From: Octopus sinensis
Lineage: Eukaryota
Assembly: GCF_006345805.1 (NCBI RefSeq)
Contig: NC_043000.1
Location: forward strand, 31,620,001 to 31,684,000
Reading direction: 5' to 3'
Length of the DNA stretch: 64,000 nucleotides
In this document: positions 1 through 12,189 of the stretch, piece after piece
Position numbering within the stretch: the stretch's first letter is position 1
How the letters are laid out: the number at the start of each line of letters is the position of its first letter
The notes under the pieces: model-generated
The model's database searches: none
What the model saw: the letters and a program-made list of their open reading frames with translations, nothing else
What the model was told of the DNA's origin: nothing
Made by a program: the position numbers and the translations under genes

Positions 1-85
1 TTCGGACTTCTCCCACTACAGAGGTGCGATCTTGCGAGATCTGGGACGAAGACCGCTTTGCTCAACAGCAACAGCTGCAGCAGTT
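1..85 (+). mobile_element. 3' end of tRNA-derived SINE (family A), cut by the window edge
   Basis: TTCGGACTTCTCCC...CTGGGACGAAGACC...CTCAACAGCAACAGC matches the 3' ends of the copies at 781-1151 (-) and 46285-46663 (+). Confidence 0.8.
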
Positions 86-447
86 GTAGTAGTATTAATA
101 ATAGGAGGTTGGTTTCTCTCTCTCTCTTTCCCTCCCTCTCTCTGTACTCTTCAATCAGATGATCCCCTCCGTCGTCAACACCGACTCCTACGTCCGTGGT
201 TGAGGACGGACACACGACCTCCATTGAAATAAATCCGTGTCTCTATAAATCTATCGGAATTTATTGATAGCAGCATGGCAGCCAACGTAGCAGTATATTA
301 TCAATCAAATGATTTATCACTGTGCCAATAAACTGATCAAATATTAAGGTTTACCACAGAATATTTCGTACAAGCAAAACGTATTCTTTTTGTTTTTAAA
401 CTGCCATTACGGATTGCTAGGCAAAGAGATGAACGTTATTACACACA

Positions 448-503
<56 letters not shown>

Positions 504-780
504 CACACACACACACACAAACGCAGAAATACACATTCATGGTTGCTCCGCTCGTTGTTTTACAAGAACAATCTTGGAAGTTTAGGATTTTAATAATGGT
601 TTTATGATGATGGTGGTGATGATGGTGGTGGTAGTAGTTTTGTAGTAGACAGACTACATACATTAAACGTTTACGAGGAAAGGAGTAACTGACTTCGAGG
701 TTTAAACCTGCTAACCGACGACAGGCGGTACATTTGGCTTTCATTTGGGTTCATTTGGCTTTCATTTTGTCGTTGGCAAG

Positions 781-1151
781 TTGTTGTTGCTGTTGCTGTT
801 GAACGAACGGTCTTCGTCCCAGAGCTCGCAAGATGGGAGAAGTCCGAAACGTGGTCCTTTGCTATTCGTAAGACGCGCAGAAGAGAAAGCAGGTCAACCC
901 CCGACACCGAGAGCATCGACGGATGTATGAATACGCATCCAGGCTCAGCGGTTGCGTAGGAAGTCGGGGACAAGAATCAGGAAGAAAGAGTGAGAGAAAG
1001 TTGGAGCGAAAGAGTACAACAGGGGTCGCCACCAGCTTCTGCCGGAACCACGTGGAGCTTTGGGTGTTGTCGCTCAATAAACACACACAACGCCCGGTCT
1101 GGGAATCGAAATCGCGATCCTCCGACTGCGAGTCCGCTGCCCTAACCATTG
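781..1151 (-). mobile_element. tRNA-derived SINE family A, near full length
   Basis: Minus strand reads CAATGGTTAGGGCAGCGGACTCGC...TTTCGATTCCCAGACCGGG (A/B-box-like head) and ends in a (CAA/CAG)n tail; colinear with the 46285-46663 copy. Confidence 0.85.
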
Positions 1152-1493
1152 CACCTCCATTGTTGTTGTTGTTCTGGTGTAGGTGGGACTATGTGAAGTG
1201 TTTATTGGATGTGGTGCATGTAGGCCTGAGGGGTAGGTCTATAGGGTGGGAGATAGAAGAGAATCGACGAAAGAATGTTTGTAAGACTTGGGTTGATAGA
1301 AACATGTTGCCGAACGATTTCACATAGAGATATGACATTTTCAGGTTAATATGTCTATTCGGCCTTCTGTTTTTAGGTTGTCGCCTGTTTCGAAGTTACT
1401 ATCACCTATTCTTGTAAAAGTTTAATGAATATATACACTATAGGCGCAGGAGGGTTGTGTGGTAAGTAGCTTGCTTACGAACCACATAGTACC

Positions 1494-2376
1494 ATCTTTC
1501 CTCCAAACATGGCTACGCGAATTTCGTCCAAACAATTCAGTTTTCGACTCGTCTGTCCATAGAACATTTTCCCAGAATGTATCAGATTTATCTTTATGTT
1601 CATAAACAAATTTTAAACGGGTATCTCTATGCCTTTTAGACAACAGTGGAGTTTTTCTAGGAGAGCGTGACTTCAGTTCATTCCTATGAAGTTCATTGCT
1701 GATTGTTAGTAGTGTAACATTAGTCCCTGAAGCTAACAAATCTTCTAGCAACTCCTTTCTGGTGATCATTGCATTTTTTCTTTTTTCGATTCTTCGCTTC
1801 ATTTTTCTTAAAGACCAGGGAAAATCTTGCATGGTGCACCGGATCTTATTCTGTTTTCAACAGTTCCCGATTTTTTTTATATCTTTGAATAAATGAAGAT
1901 ATGGTAGAAAATGGAATACGAAGGACTCTGATATTTTCCTGTAACTTTTACTTTCTTTCCACTGTTCAATAATTAAGTTTTCCACTGAATTTCTGAGTTC
2001 TTTACTTTTCGCCATTATTACGATACTACTTTATGTTGTCTCAGTGCTGAATGAAGCTAGCGTTTTGACACTTAAAAATGACAACTGATAAGATTATTGG
2101 AACACACGAGAAAGTTCTAGTAAAAAGAAAATTATTTTAACAGTATTTTGTGGCATAGAAAATCATAAATTTATTCTGTACGAATACTTTTTTCACCCCT
2201 AAATATTTATAATTTTTTATAAGTTCATTAGTTACTATAATTTATTAGTTTCTTTTGCATATTCTTAGTTTATGCATGTGTATGCAAATATAGTATTGGT
2301 ATATCCCATTTATGTTCATTAGAAATTAAATAAATAAAGAATTTTGACATGTACGAATATTTATTTCCACCTACTG
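1494..2376 (-). mobile_element. Tc1-family DNA transposon relic, IR/DR type: left end plus 5' half of the transposase
   Basis: ATG at 2015 gives MAKSKELRNSVENLIIEQWKESKSYRKISE, then after frameshifts ...SRSPRKTPLLSKRHRDTRLKF...WENVLWTDESKTELFG (first catalytic D). Terminus TA|CAGTAGGTGGAAATAAATATTCGTACA at 2376; inner direct repeat GTGAAAAAAAGTATTCGTACA near 2177-2197. Confidence 0.88.
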
Positions 2377-2499
2377 TATATATATATATATATATAATAT
2401 ATATATATATATTAAAATTTCTAAGTCTCTCTAAAGGAGACTACCGTCAGCGATAACTATTAATATATATATGTTTGAGGAATGCTGTTTATATATATA

Positions 2500-2723
2500 T
2501 AGTTAATAAAAAAAAAAACGAAGACAAAACACAAGGCAAAAAACAACAACACGAGATCATGGTACATGCAAAGCATTAATATGACGCTCAAGGAAAGAAA
2601 GAATGGTAGTTTTACGTTTTGAGCAAGGCTCTTCTTCAGAAACAGGAGACAGGAAAGTCCAAGAGAAAAGGAAGACGGGGGGAAAACAATCGCCATATAT
2701 ATATATATTTCAGGAATGCTGTT

Positions 2724-2755
<32 letters not shown>

Positions 2756-2935
2756 GGGAGAGTTTATGAAAAAAACAAAAGACGAAGACAGGTGGTGTAC
2801 AAAACAAACAGATGTATTAGTATAACGCTCAGGAATAGAAAAAGTCTTTTACGTTTCGAGCCGACGCTCTTCTACAGAAAGGGACACAGAAAAAACAAGG
2901 AGAGAAACAAGGAGAGAAAAAAATGTGTGTAGTGG
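2500..2935 (-). repeat. Two tandem Penelope-type terminal-repeat (pLTR-like) units, each with a hammerhead-like motif
   Basis: The 2757-2930 unit recurs at ~16033-16200, 43180-43285, 47960-48110 and 57174-57350, mostly next to (TA)n. Motifs GTTT-CTGAAGA-A-GAGC-CTT-GCTC-AAAAC-GTA-AAAC (2643-2609) and CTTT-CTGTAGA-A-GAGC-GTCG-GCTC-GAAAC-GTA-AAAG (2881-2846). Penelope assignment is inference. Confidence 0.6.
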
Positions 2936-2950
2936 CTAACGATATATATA

Positions 2951-3022
<72 letters not shown>

Positions 3023-3839
3023 AAATAGTTAGGTAATGTGATACCATAAAAGAAAAATTCAGTCGTCACTAAATGTGAGCAAGGATGCCGAGATACCTAT
3101 AATTGCTAGAAATAGCAGTCAAAATACTCTTAACGCTGTAGGAAGCGCGCAGATGTATTCAAACTTATGAGAGAGGAGGTAACCGCCCCACGACCGACTC
3201 TAGAATTCCCAGACTAGACATCTATTTTTGCCTATTCTATACTTGAATGACATATGTCGGCTAATTCCGTCTCTTATTCCTAGTCACGCTTTGTGACAAT
3301 TGAATCTTTTCCTTACACTATCACATTGCGCCTAGCTGTTTACCTTGATATTTTGTATGCGCATTAGCACTCCCCTAAATCCTCCATAGATTTTTATTGC
3401 AAATACATATATGCTGGCAGTCAGAATTAGCCGACATGTGCCGTTCGACCCCGGTCCTCAAAGACGGCGCCTACAGAATAGGCGAAACTAGACGTCTTCA
3501 GTCGGTCATGGGGCGGAAGATGAAATAATATTTTGGAATTTATCTTTTGGAAGTTACCTTTTATTTACTCAACTATTTATTCTAGCCCGGTATTGAGCAC
3601 TTTTAATAATTGATGTTTATTTGTATCTTCTTCAATTACACACACACACACACTTTTTGTATACTTGTGTGGTAGTAGAGAAGGATAATTTGGAGCTTTG
3701 GGGCATTATGTCTGAAAAAAATTTCGCTGCCATGGCCATATATTGATCTCACCAATCTGCGAGGAACTTTAAAGGTCAGGGACGAAATTAATTTCTTCTG
3801 ATTAATACCATTTATTTAAAATGTGGCTGGCGGTTATTA

Positions 3840-3939
3840 TAGTCGTCGTCGTCGTGTTGATGTTGTAGTTGACGTCGTCGATGCTGTTGTTGTTGTTGCT
3901 CTTGTAGTCGACGCCGTCGTCGTTGTCGTTCTTATTGTT

Positions 3940-3979
<40 letters not shown>

Positions 3980-4091
3980 TTGAAGTAGTAGTAGTAGTAG
4001 TGGTATAGTGGCAGTAGTGGTAGCTGAAGTTGTAGTAGTAGTAGTAGTAGTGGTAGTAGTGGCAGTAGTGGTAGCTGAAGTTGTAGTAGTT

Positions 4092-4122
<31 letters not shown>

Positions 4123-4139
4123 CTGAAGTAGTAGTTGTT

Positions 4140-4184
<45 letters not shown>

Positions 4185-4372
4185 TTTGAAGTAGTAGTAG
4201 TAGTGGTAGTAGTGGTAGCTGAAGTAGTAGTTGTAGTAGTTGTAGTAGTAGTAGTTGTTGTAGTAGTAGTTGTAGAAGTAGTAGTTGTAGAAGTAGTAAT
4301 AGTTGAAGTAGTAGTCGTAGTAGTAGTAATAGTTGAAGTAGTAGGAGTATAGTAGTAGTAGTAGTAGTAGTT

Positions 4373-4410
<38 letters not shown>

Positions 4411-4430
4411 TGTTGTTGCTGCTTTCATCG
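3840..4430. repeat. Compound (GTA/GTT/GTC)n trinucleotide microsatellite
   Basis: Direct; explains the poly-V/L/T ORFs. Confidence 0.95.
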
Positions 4431-4857
4431 TGGTAGTGGTAGTCGTTATCGTTATTGCTGTTGCTTGCTACCGTTATTATTTAGCCTCAGGTCACTACTG
4501 ATTATGCAGACATATGATCAAAGACATTCCAACCATTCTAAAACATATTTCAAACGTGATGTCTCGAAGCCCAAATTACCCAGTATGCATTTCCTACTTT
4601 TAAGCGGCAGGCAGTGAACTGAGGGAGGTTTTGCTGTTATTTCAAGCGGACCAGGCCACCACCTACAGGTGGAGCCATGGTTAGCTTTGCATGTGTGTAT
4701 GTGTGTGAGTCGGTTTATCCGTGCGTTTACGCGTAGGCATGATCAGTCATGCATTGTATGAGTGTTTGAACCGCGATGGGGCTCTGTGTGTGTGTGTGTG
4801 TGGTGTGTGTGTGTGAGTATGGTCATTGATTCAGCCAGTTTATGCATGCGTAGCATA

Positions 4858-5249
4858 CTCTTTTACTTGCTTCAGTCATTTGACTGCGGCCATGCTGCAG
4901 CACCGCCTTTAGTCGAGCAAATCGACCCCGGGACTTATTCTTTGCAAGCCCAGTACTTATTCTATCGGTCTATTTTGCCGAACCGCTAAGTGACGGGGAC
5001 GTAAACACACCAGCATCGGTTGTCAAGCAATGCTAGGGGTACAAACACACACACGTACACATACACACATATATAAACATATATACGACAGGCTTCTTTC
5101 AGTTTCCGTCTACCAAATCCACTCACAAGGCATTGGTCGGCCCGGGGCTATAGCAGAAGACACTTGCCCAAGATGCCACGCAGTGGGACTGAACCCGGAA
5201 CCATGTGGTTGGTTAGCAAGCTACTTACCACACAGCCACTCCTGCGCCT
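4858..5249 (-). mobile_element. tRNA-derived SINE family B (internal (TA/CA)n spacer, LINE-like tail), full length
   Basis: Reverse complement of the 43740-44140 copy: GGCGCAGGAGTGGCTGTGTGGTAAGTAGCTTGC...GCAGTCAAATGACTGAAGCAAGTAAAA. Confidence 0.85.
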
Positions 5250-5298
5250 ATGTGTATAATTGTGTCTTTTATGTGTGTGTTGTGTGCGTGTCTCTGTG

Positions 5299-5330
<32 letters not shown>

Positions 5331-5679
5331 ATTGTGTGTGTGTGTGTGTGAGAGAGAGAGCGAGAGAGAGCGTGGTGTGCAGGTGGAATCAGCGATGTAT
5401 TCGCGTACATGTATGTGTATATATAAATATGCGTGGGCGTGAGCGAGGAAGCAGCTGTGTGTGTGTGCGTGTGTAAGTTTACGTAGGTGTGATCAGTGAA
5501 TCATTCAATACATATATATATGTGTGTGTGTGTGTATGTGTGGGTGTGATTCAGTTTATGCATGAATATGTCTCTGCATAAATATATGAATGCAGTTTGT
5601 GATGCTACGTGTCTGTGGCTATGTGCATGTGTGTGTGTATGATAAAGTGTTCACTGATGTGTGTTTATATGTATGAATA

Positions 5680-6135
5680 ATGTATGAATGTATGTATAAA
5701 CATGTGTGTCTTTATCTGTATGTGTATATGTCTGTATGCATGCATGTATGCATGCATGTTTGTGTGTATGTATGTATGTATGTATGTATGTATGTATGTA
5801 TGTATGTATGCATGCATGCATGTTTGTATGTATGTATGTGTATATGTATGTATATGTATGTATGTGTGTATGTATGTGTATATGTATGTATGTGTATATA
5901 TGTATGTATGTGTATATGTATGTATGTGTATATGTATGTATGTGTGTATAAATGTATGTATGTATGTGTGTATGTATGTATGTGTATATGAATGTATGTG
6001 TGTGTATGTGTGTGTATGTGTGTGTATGTATGTATGTGTGTATGTATGCATGTATGTGTGTATGTATGTATGTATGTATGTATGTATGTATGTATGTATG
6101 TATGAATGTGTGTATGTATGTATGTATGTATGTAG
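5680..6135. repeat. (TATG)n / (TG)n microsatellite
   Basis: Direct. Confidence 0.95.
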
Positions 6136-6344
6136 ATGCGATCAATAATCTAGTGTGAGTCGAGACCAAGGCTGTTCTTCGCTAGAAGACTTTACTCTTT
6201 TACTTGTTTCAGTCATTTGACTGTGGCCAACAAATCGACTCCAGAACTTATTCTTTGTAAGCCTAGTACTTATTCTATCGGCCCCTATCGAGGCTATAGC
6301 AGAAGTCACTTGCCCATGGTGCCACGCAGTGGGACCGAACCCGG

Positions 6345-6441
6345 TCGGAGATTTGGACAGTACTCGCATGTGTGTGTGCGCACGCAGCTGTATATGAATG
6401 CGCTAGCACTATGACCCGGCGTTGCCGGGTCAATGTGCTAG
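6345..6441 (+). mobile_element. Helitron-like non-autonomous element, 3' end
   Basis: Hairpin CTAGCACTATGACCCGGC-GTT-GCCGGGTCAATGTGCTAG ending CTAG|T at 6441; reverse complement of the start of the 36515-36875 element. Confidence 0.6.
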
Positions 6442-6628
6442 TACAATATTATTTTGGACGTATATCTTCTGTGATGATTTCTTTAATGTAATTTTCCTGC
6501 TCTTATTTTATAATATAATATGATATAATATAATATAATATAATATAATATAATATAATATAATATATATATATATATATAAACTTACTTGGAGGAAACG
6601 AAACGACGCGAGGGCGTTCAGTCATACA

Positions 6629-7001
6629 ATAGTGTAATAAATAAAATATATGCATACATACATACATATATGTACGTACCTACATCTACATGTATATATA
6701 CATGCATATATAATATATATACGTGAGTACAGGACACCACAAATAGACGTAGAACTCAACGAGAAACGAAAACGTAAAAACAAACATGGAAACGGACCTT
6801 TCTTTAACTCTGTTTATTCGTTGTTAAAAAAAGGTCCGTTTCCATGTTTGTTTTTACGTTTTCGTTTCTCGTTGAGTTCTACGTCTATTTGTGGTGTCCT
6901 GTACTCACGTATATATATTTATATATGCATGTATATATACATGTAGATGTAGGTACGTACATATATGTGTGTATGTATGCATATATTTTATTTAATACAC
7001 T

Positions 7002-7003
<2 letters not shown>
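6629..7003. repeat. Long near-perfect inverted repeat (~180-bp arms, 14-nt loop 6809-6822)
   Basis: GTGAGTACAGGACACCACAAATAGACGTAGAACTCAACGAGAAACG... is mirrored by ...CGTTTCTCGTTGAGTTCTACGTCTATTTGTGGTGTCCTGTACTCAC. Confidence 0.93.
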
Positions 7004-7051
<48 letters not shown>

Positions 7052-8605
7052 CAGGTTCACAATCCTTTATCCGGTACCCTTGGGGACAGTTGTGTTCTGA
7101 ATTTCGACCTTTTTGGGATATCAGAACAAAAGTCAGCTGCCCCAGATTGTAAAGTAGACATCAAAAGAGACGTCCTACTACGGTAACAAGAGCACATGTA
7201 TACATGTATACATACTCACAGACAGTGGGGAAAATAAATAGCTATAGAGTAATATACTGGTAAATGAAATACTGAGATAATTTTAGAAATCACAAATAAA
7301 AAAAAAACATATAGTAGGATAATTTAAAACAAAAATACACAATCCACAAGTACAGGTATACGCGCTACCATAATATTTCTGCAGAGAGACGCTCAAGTAT
7401 TTGAATACAGAAAGACTACAAATGATATTACAGTTTATTCATATGTTAGACCCATAAATTGGTTCAAACTAGGCTAAATATGTAACTGCAGTTAAGTTGT
7501 AGAACAGGGTCCGTCAGGGTCACCAACGTTTTCATAAGCTTGCAGGCAAATCTCCAATGGGTGGGTTAGCAACGGGATTCTCAGGTGATGAAGTAGCAAT
7601 ACGAGAGATCTCAGTTTTAAAGACTTCTTCAAGGTCATCTGTCTCATTAGCAAAGGTTTCTATCTAAGCAATGTCTCTCTAACTGAGTAAACTCCCATAA
7701 TATGCTGCTCACTGATAAATGTACGTTGTTCAAGGCCAGCTATTAACTGATCACAAATTTTCGCAATATCGTCTTTAGGAACTTTTTTTTTTACCTATGT
7801 TCTCTGTGTCAGCATCTCTACTGTCTTCTTTCTTATCCGTATTTAACACCATTTCAGCAATTTCCTATCACTCAAGGAATGCACAACAGGTGCATCATTA
7901 TCAATGTTTAGCATTTCTTCAAAGTCCGCTTCCTCTAGATCACTTACACTTCCGCACGATAAACTTTTAGTTACGAGTTTTGATATCGTCTTCTTTAGCG
8001 ACATAGAGTCTTTTTCATCAAACATCGCTATTGGCCAAATTCTGTGCCAAGCATTTGTTAGTGATTGACTTATTAGCATCATTTCAAGCATTCGCAACTG
8101 AGTAAATGGCATCCTTAACGGTGAACTCTTTCAAGTTGTCTTGCATTCTTACTCCTTTGTTGACTATATCAAACCCACAGCCCATTAAATTATTTATATA
8201 GTTGCTCTTCATGGAGCGTAAAATTCCTTGGTTACGAGGTGGTAAAACAGATGTCATATTGCGAGGCAAGTAAATGCCGGAAACATTACTTTACACAAGA
8301 ACTTCGGCAGGGGGATATGAGGAGTAGTTGTCCAGGAGCAATAAAATTTTAGTTTTCTTCCAGTTCAGCTTGTTTGCAATGAGCTCGTGCCGCTGTTGCA
8401 AAGTGATTATCGAACCAGTCAGAAAATATTTCTCGGGTTACCCATGCTTTCTTGTTTGCGTAATACTGCACAAGGAAATTAACTACACTTTTCAGACATG
8501 TCGGACGTTCGCTTTTTCCCAAAGACGGCCAGCTTCACCTTGTGTGTGCCTGCAGTATTAACACATCCAAGAATAGTTAACCTTTCCTTAGCATCCTCAA
8601 AATCA
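7052..8605 (-). mobile_element. Tigger/pogo (CENP-B-like, DDE_1) transposon relic: one terminus plus C-terminal two-thirds of a frameshifted transposase
   Basis: TA|CAGGTTCACAATCCTTTATCC terminus at 7052. Minus-strand peptides KERLTILGCVNTAGTHK, YYANKKAWVTREIFSDWF, KILLLLDN, LPRNMTSVL, QGILRSMK and KDAIYSVANAW are DDE_1-type motifs. Confidence 0.87.
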
Positions 8606-9333
8606 TGTGCCTTTTTTATCCTTCATATATATATATATGAAGCTCGTCGTAAATATATATATACATATATATAAGTGTGTGTGTGTGTATGTGTATTTAC
8701 GACGAGCTTCTGGGCTTCTTTCAGTTTCCGTCTACCAAATTCACTCACAAGGCTTTGGTCGGCGCTGGACTTGCCCAAGGTGCCATGCAGTGACAGTGAA
8801 CCCAGTATAAACATGCATGAGGAAGAGGTTGTGAGGGTATTCGGTATTTAGTATGTGTAGTCCACCTTCACGAATGATAATCAGACAAGCTGATTCTCAT
8901 TGGTTTAGGTGGGTTGGACACGTGATTAAAAGTGTGACAAGGCAGAAATATCGCTGGTTGGACTATATTTATAGCATACACATCATTTAGTTATATACTA
9001 ACGTGTTTTCTTCCCCAAACCTTTATATCCTCTTACCCTGCACAAATTGTATTTATACGAGACTAATCAATTATTTCAGTTTTCTCTGCAATTGAACAGG
9101 TTTACATAATTTACACAGTCATTAACATGGCGTTGGTGAAAATATATTATTTTGAAGCTGTGTGGTTATCATGAATAGGAATGGGAGCTTTTTTTGCCGC
9201 ACCCTGTAGGTGAAACAGTCTGGTTTCTGCTCTCACAGTAGCAATACACACACATATGCTCTTCCCAATGTTTAATTCTATTAATTTATAACATTTCCAT
9301 TCCTTTATTTCACCTACGACACACACACACACG

Positions 9334-9367
<34 letters not shown>

Positions 9368-9415
9368 ATAACATTTTATATATATATATATATACACACG
9401 CACAGAGATGCACAT

Positions 9416-9463
<48 letters not shown>

Positions 9464-10079
9464 TATATATATATAACATATAACATTATATATAGCATAT
9501 CCTGGTCTCGCCTTTAACTCTTTCCGTTTAATTCATTTTATCTCACAAATTGATCACCTTTCTATTATTTTAATTTAATCAACTCCGTTCCTATTTTTAT
9601 CTCATCTCTCTTTATCTCACATTATTGTATATTTTATATTAATTTAATTTAACTCTATTTTATACATTTTATATTTCCACTTATTTAATCATAATAATCA
9701 TTTTCGATTAAATGTATTCATTTTACCGTATCTTTACCTATCTGTCGTTTTTTTTTCTGGTCTTATTTCATCCTACTTGAAATTATTTAAAATTTAACCG
9801 ACATCTGTCTTTATCAGTTCTTTGACTAAAATATCTGTCGTATTTTAAGTATCTCACAATTCCTTGTCTTACATAATTTTCTGATTTAATGGACATTTAG
9901 AATGTAAACTATCACAAACTATCAAATATTTTTGCTATAGTATGCCGTTTATTCTCAGGATGCTTGTCATATTCTGGTCGCTTTTCTGCACCGATAGCTG
10001 GCTACAGCCAGTAGGTTCAGATGTCAAACAGCCTCGTCCTTGTTAATTTAATTTCTTTTAAGCTAACCAATCATCGACA

Positions 10080-10315
10080 GACTTTCGTAACATTTTAACT
10101 GTTCCCAGAAAACAATAGCTCTCTCTACTTTGATCTTCTCTAGCCGTTTTGTAATGTTGTCATTTGCTGTTCCTAATACTCCCACAATTACTGGTATGGT
10201 GGTTTACTTTCTTCATTTTCCACATCCACGTAATTTCTATTCGTGTATTGAACGGACATGATGCATTAATAAGGATACAGTTCTCATGAATTTTATCAAC
10301 AGCTGTAATGTCCGA
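10080..10315 (-). mobile_element. R4/Dong-type non-LTR retrotransposon, endonuclease C-terminal relic
   Basis: DITAVDKIHENCILINASCPFNTR / WMWKMKKV / IPVIVGVLGT / LGTVKMLRK correspond to the PD..D and C-terminal motifs seen at 11527-11904. Confidence 0.65.
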
Positions 10316-10326
10316 AGTAGTAGTGA

Positions 10327-10364
<38 letters not shown>

Positions 10365-10520
10365 AAACGGTGAGTTGCACAATTGTTAGCGCGCAGGACA
10401 AAATGCTTTACAGTAGCTATTCCGGCTCTTTGCATTTGAGTTCAAATTCCACCGAGATCAACCTCCCATTTCATCCTTTCGTGTTCGATAAAATAAAGTA
10501 CCAGTGAAGTACTGGGGTAA
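10365..10520 (+). mobile_element. SINE family C (tRNA head plus conserved CCTTTCATCCTTTCGGGGTCGATAAA-type core), partial; further + copies at ~22560-22785, 40160-40382 and 46762-46970
   Basis: GAGTTCAAATTCC B-box followed by TTTCATCCTTTCGTGTTCGATAAAATAAAGTACCAG; colinear with the other copies. Confidence 0.75.
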
Positions 10521-10523
10521 TGT

Positions 10524-10603
<80 letters not shown>

Positions 10604-10658
10604 ATTCATAACCACACACACACACACACACACGCTCACACACACACACGCTCACACA

Positions 10659-10689
<31 letters not shown>

Positions 10690-10940
10690 AAGGCGATTTA
10701 AGATATGAATATATTTATTTAGCAACTTGATATCCATACATTTAGAGCAGTTTCGTAGCCTTTTAATTTCGTTGTATGATAATTTGTTTTACATGTTTGC
10801 ACTAAAATGCATGCCACATGGTGCAAGCAAGAGTAGAAAAAAACTGTAAATTGGCAGAGAAAAGCACTCGGCGGTGAGCACCGTAATCATGTCTTTAAGG
10901 AAAACCATGCTATTAATAAATTGGTACCATTAGTAATAAC

Positions 10941-11025
<85 letters not shown>

Positions 11026-11029
11026 CAAC

Positions 11030-11980
11030 ATAGCATGGTATGTAAAAAATGCCACAGAACCGCTATTATTAGAAGTAAGAAGGTCAGGCTTGTGTAGGAT
11101 GAGGGATTGCAAAGATAAAGCACTGTACAAGCAATTGAAAACGAATGAAACAGAAAATAGGTGGGTAAAGAAAAGAATGCCTGGACAATTTTATTGGGAT
11201 GCTGAAGATAAGTCCGACAGAGAAACAAGATGGATGTAGATGACTAAAAGTGATTTAAAACCGGAAATGGAGGCTGTAATCTGTGCAAGCACTAAGAACA
11301 AATTACATCAAATACAGAATAGACAAAACATCAGAAAGTGATAAGTGCAGAAACTGTGGACAAAATGGTGAAACCGTATGGCATATTACCAGCCAATGTA
11401 CGCCACAAGCTCAGAAGGAATATAAGAGACGCCACGACAATATAGCAAGCTGAATGTGCTTATATAAGTATGGACTTGACAGAACAAAAAAGTGGTACAT
11501 CCATAAACTCGAAGACGTCATAGAAAATGATTCAGTGCGATTTGTGGGATTTTATGATTCAGTGCGACCATGAGATAGATAATCGGAAGCCAGACATAGT
11601 CTTAATTGAGAAAGAAAGCAAACTATGCTGGATCATAGATATAGATTGCCCAGCTGAGAACAAGGTATACGATAAGGAAGAAAGAAAAGTTGATAGATAT
11701 GACAGATTAGCTTGTGAGATTAAGCAGTTGTGGTCGATGAAAAAGGTAGCAGTAGTACCAATAATTGTCGGGACACTTGGAACAGTGAGCAAAAATCTTG
11801 AGAAGTACATGGAACAAATAGGGGCTGCAATAAGGGTGGAGCACCTGCAGAAAACAGCACTGCTTGGAACCGCTCGAATATTCCAGAAGTTGCTCGAAAA
11901 ATAAGGGGTGTTACCTTGGTTCACTGGTAGTGAACAGCAGGCACCACAGTACATCGTCAGCGTTAGCTGTGTAAATGCAA
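11030..11980 (+). mobile_element. 5'-truncated R4/Dong-type non-LTR retrotransposon inserted in (TAA)n
   Basis: CCHC knuckle (CRNCGQNGETVWHITSQC) then WDFMIQCDHEIDNRKPDIVLIEK...IIDIDCP...VVPIIVGTLGTV...LQKTALLGTARIFQKLLEK* (restriction-like endonuclease); (TAA)n on both flanks. Confidence 0.9.
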
Positions 11981-12189
11981 TAATAATAGTAATAATAATA
12001 ATAATAATGATAATAATAATAATAACGAAATTAATAACTCTGTATTTAAATCAGGTAATTTGATTGCAATTAATTACCATAATAACCAAATTAATTTAGG
12101 TTCTACTACATCTAATCCATATAAGCTTCAAAATAAAAATAGTTCGCATAGGAATAGCCCTCCCTCCCACCCATTCTGACGGACGCGCA

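Noticed and set aside
3455-3500. GCCTA(CAGAA)TAGGC-GAAAC-TAGAC-GTC, and similar partial motifs at ~25322-25350, 30015-30070, 45715-45730 and 55370-55390
   Set aside because: The core or stem I is too degenerate to call individually; they may be decayed members of the same class.
3802-6169. Long ORFs of poly-V/L/T and HTYI/MYVC repeats (also at 18.8-21.2, 28.8-30.0, 43.4, 55.7-56.2, 58.8-59.2 and 63.0-63.3 kb)
   Set aside because: They are translations of microsatellites with no domain content.
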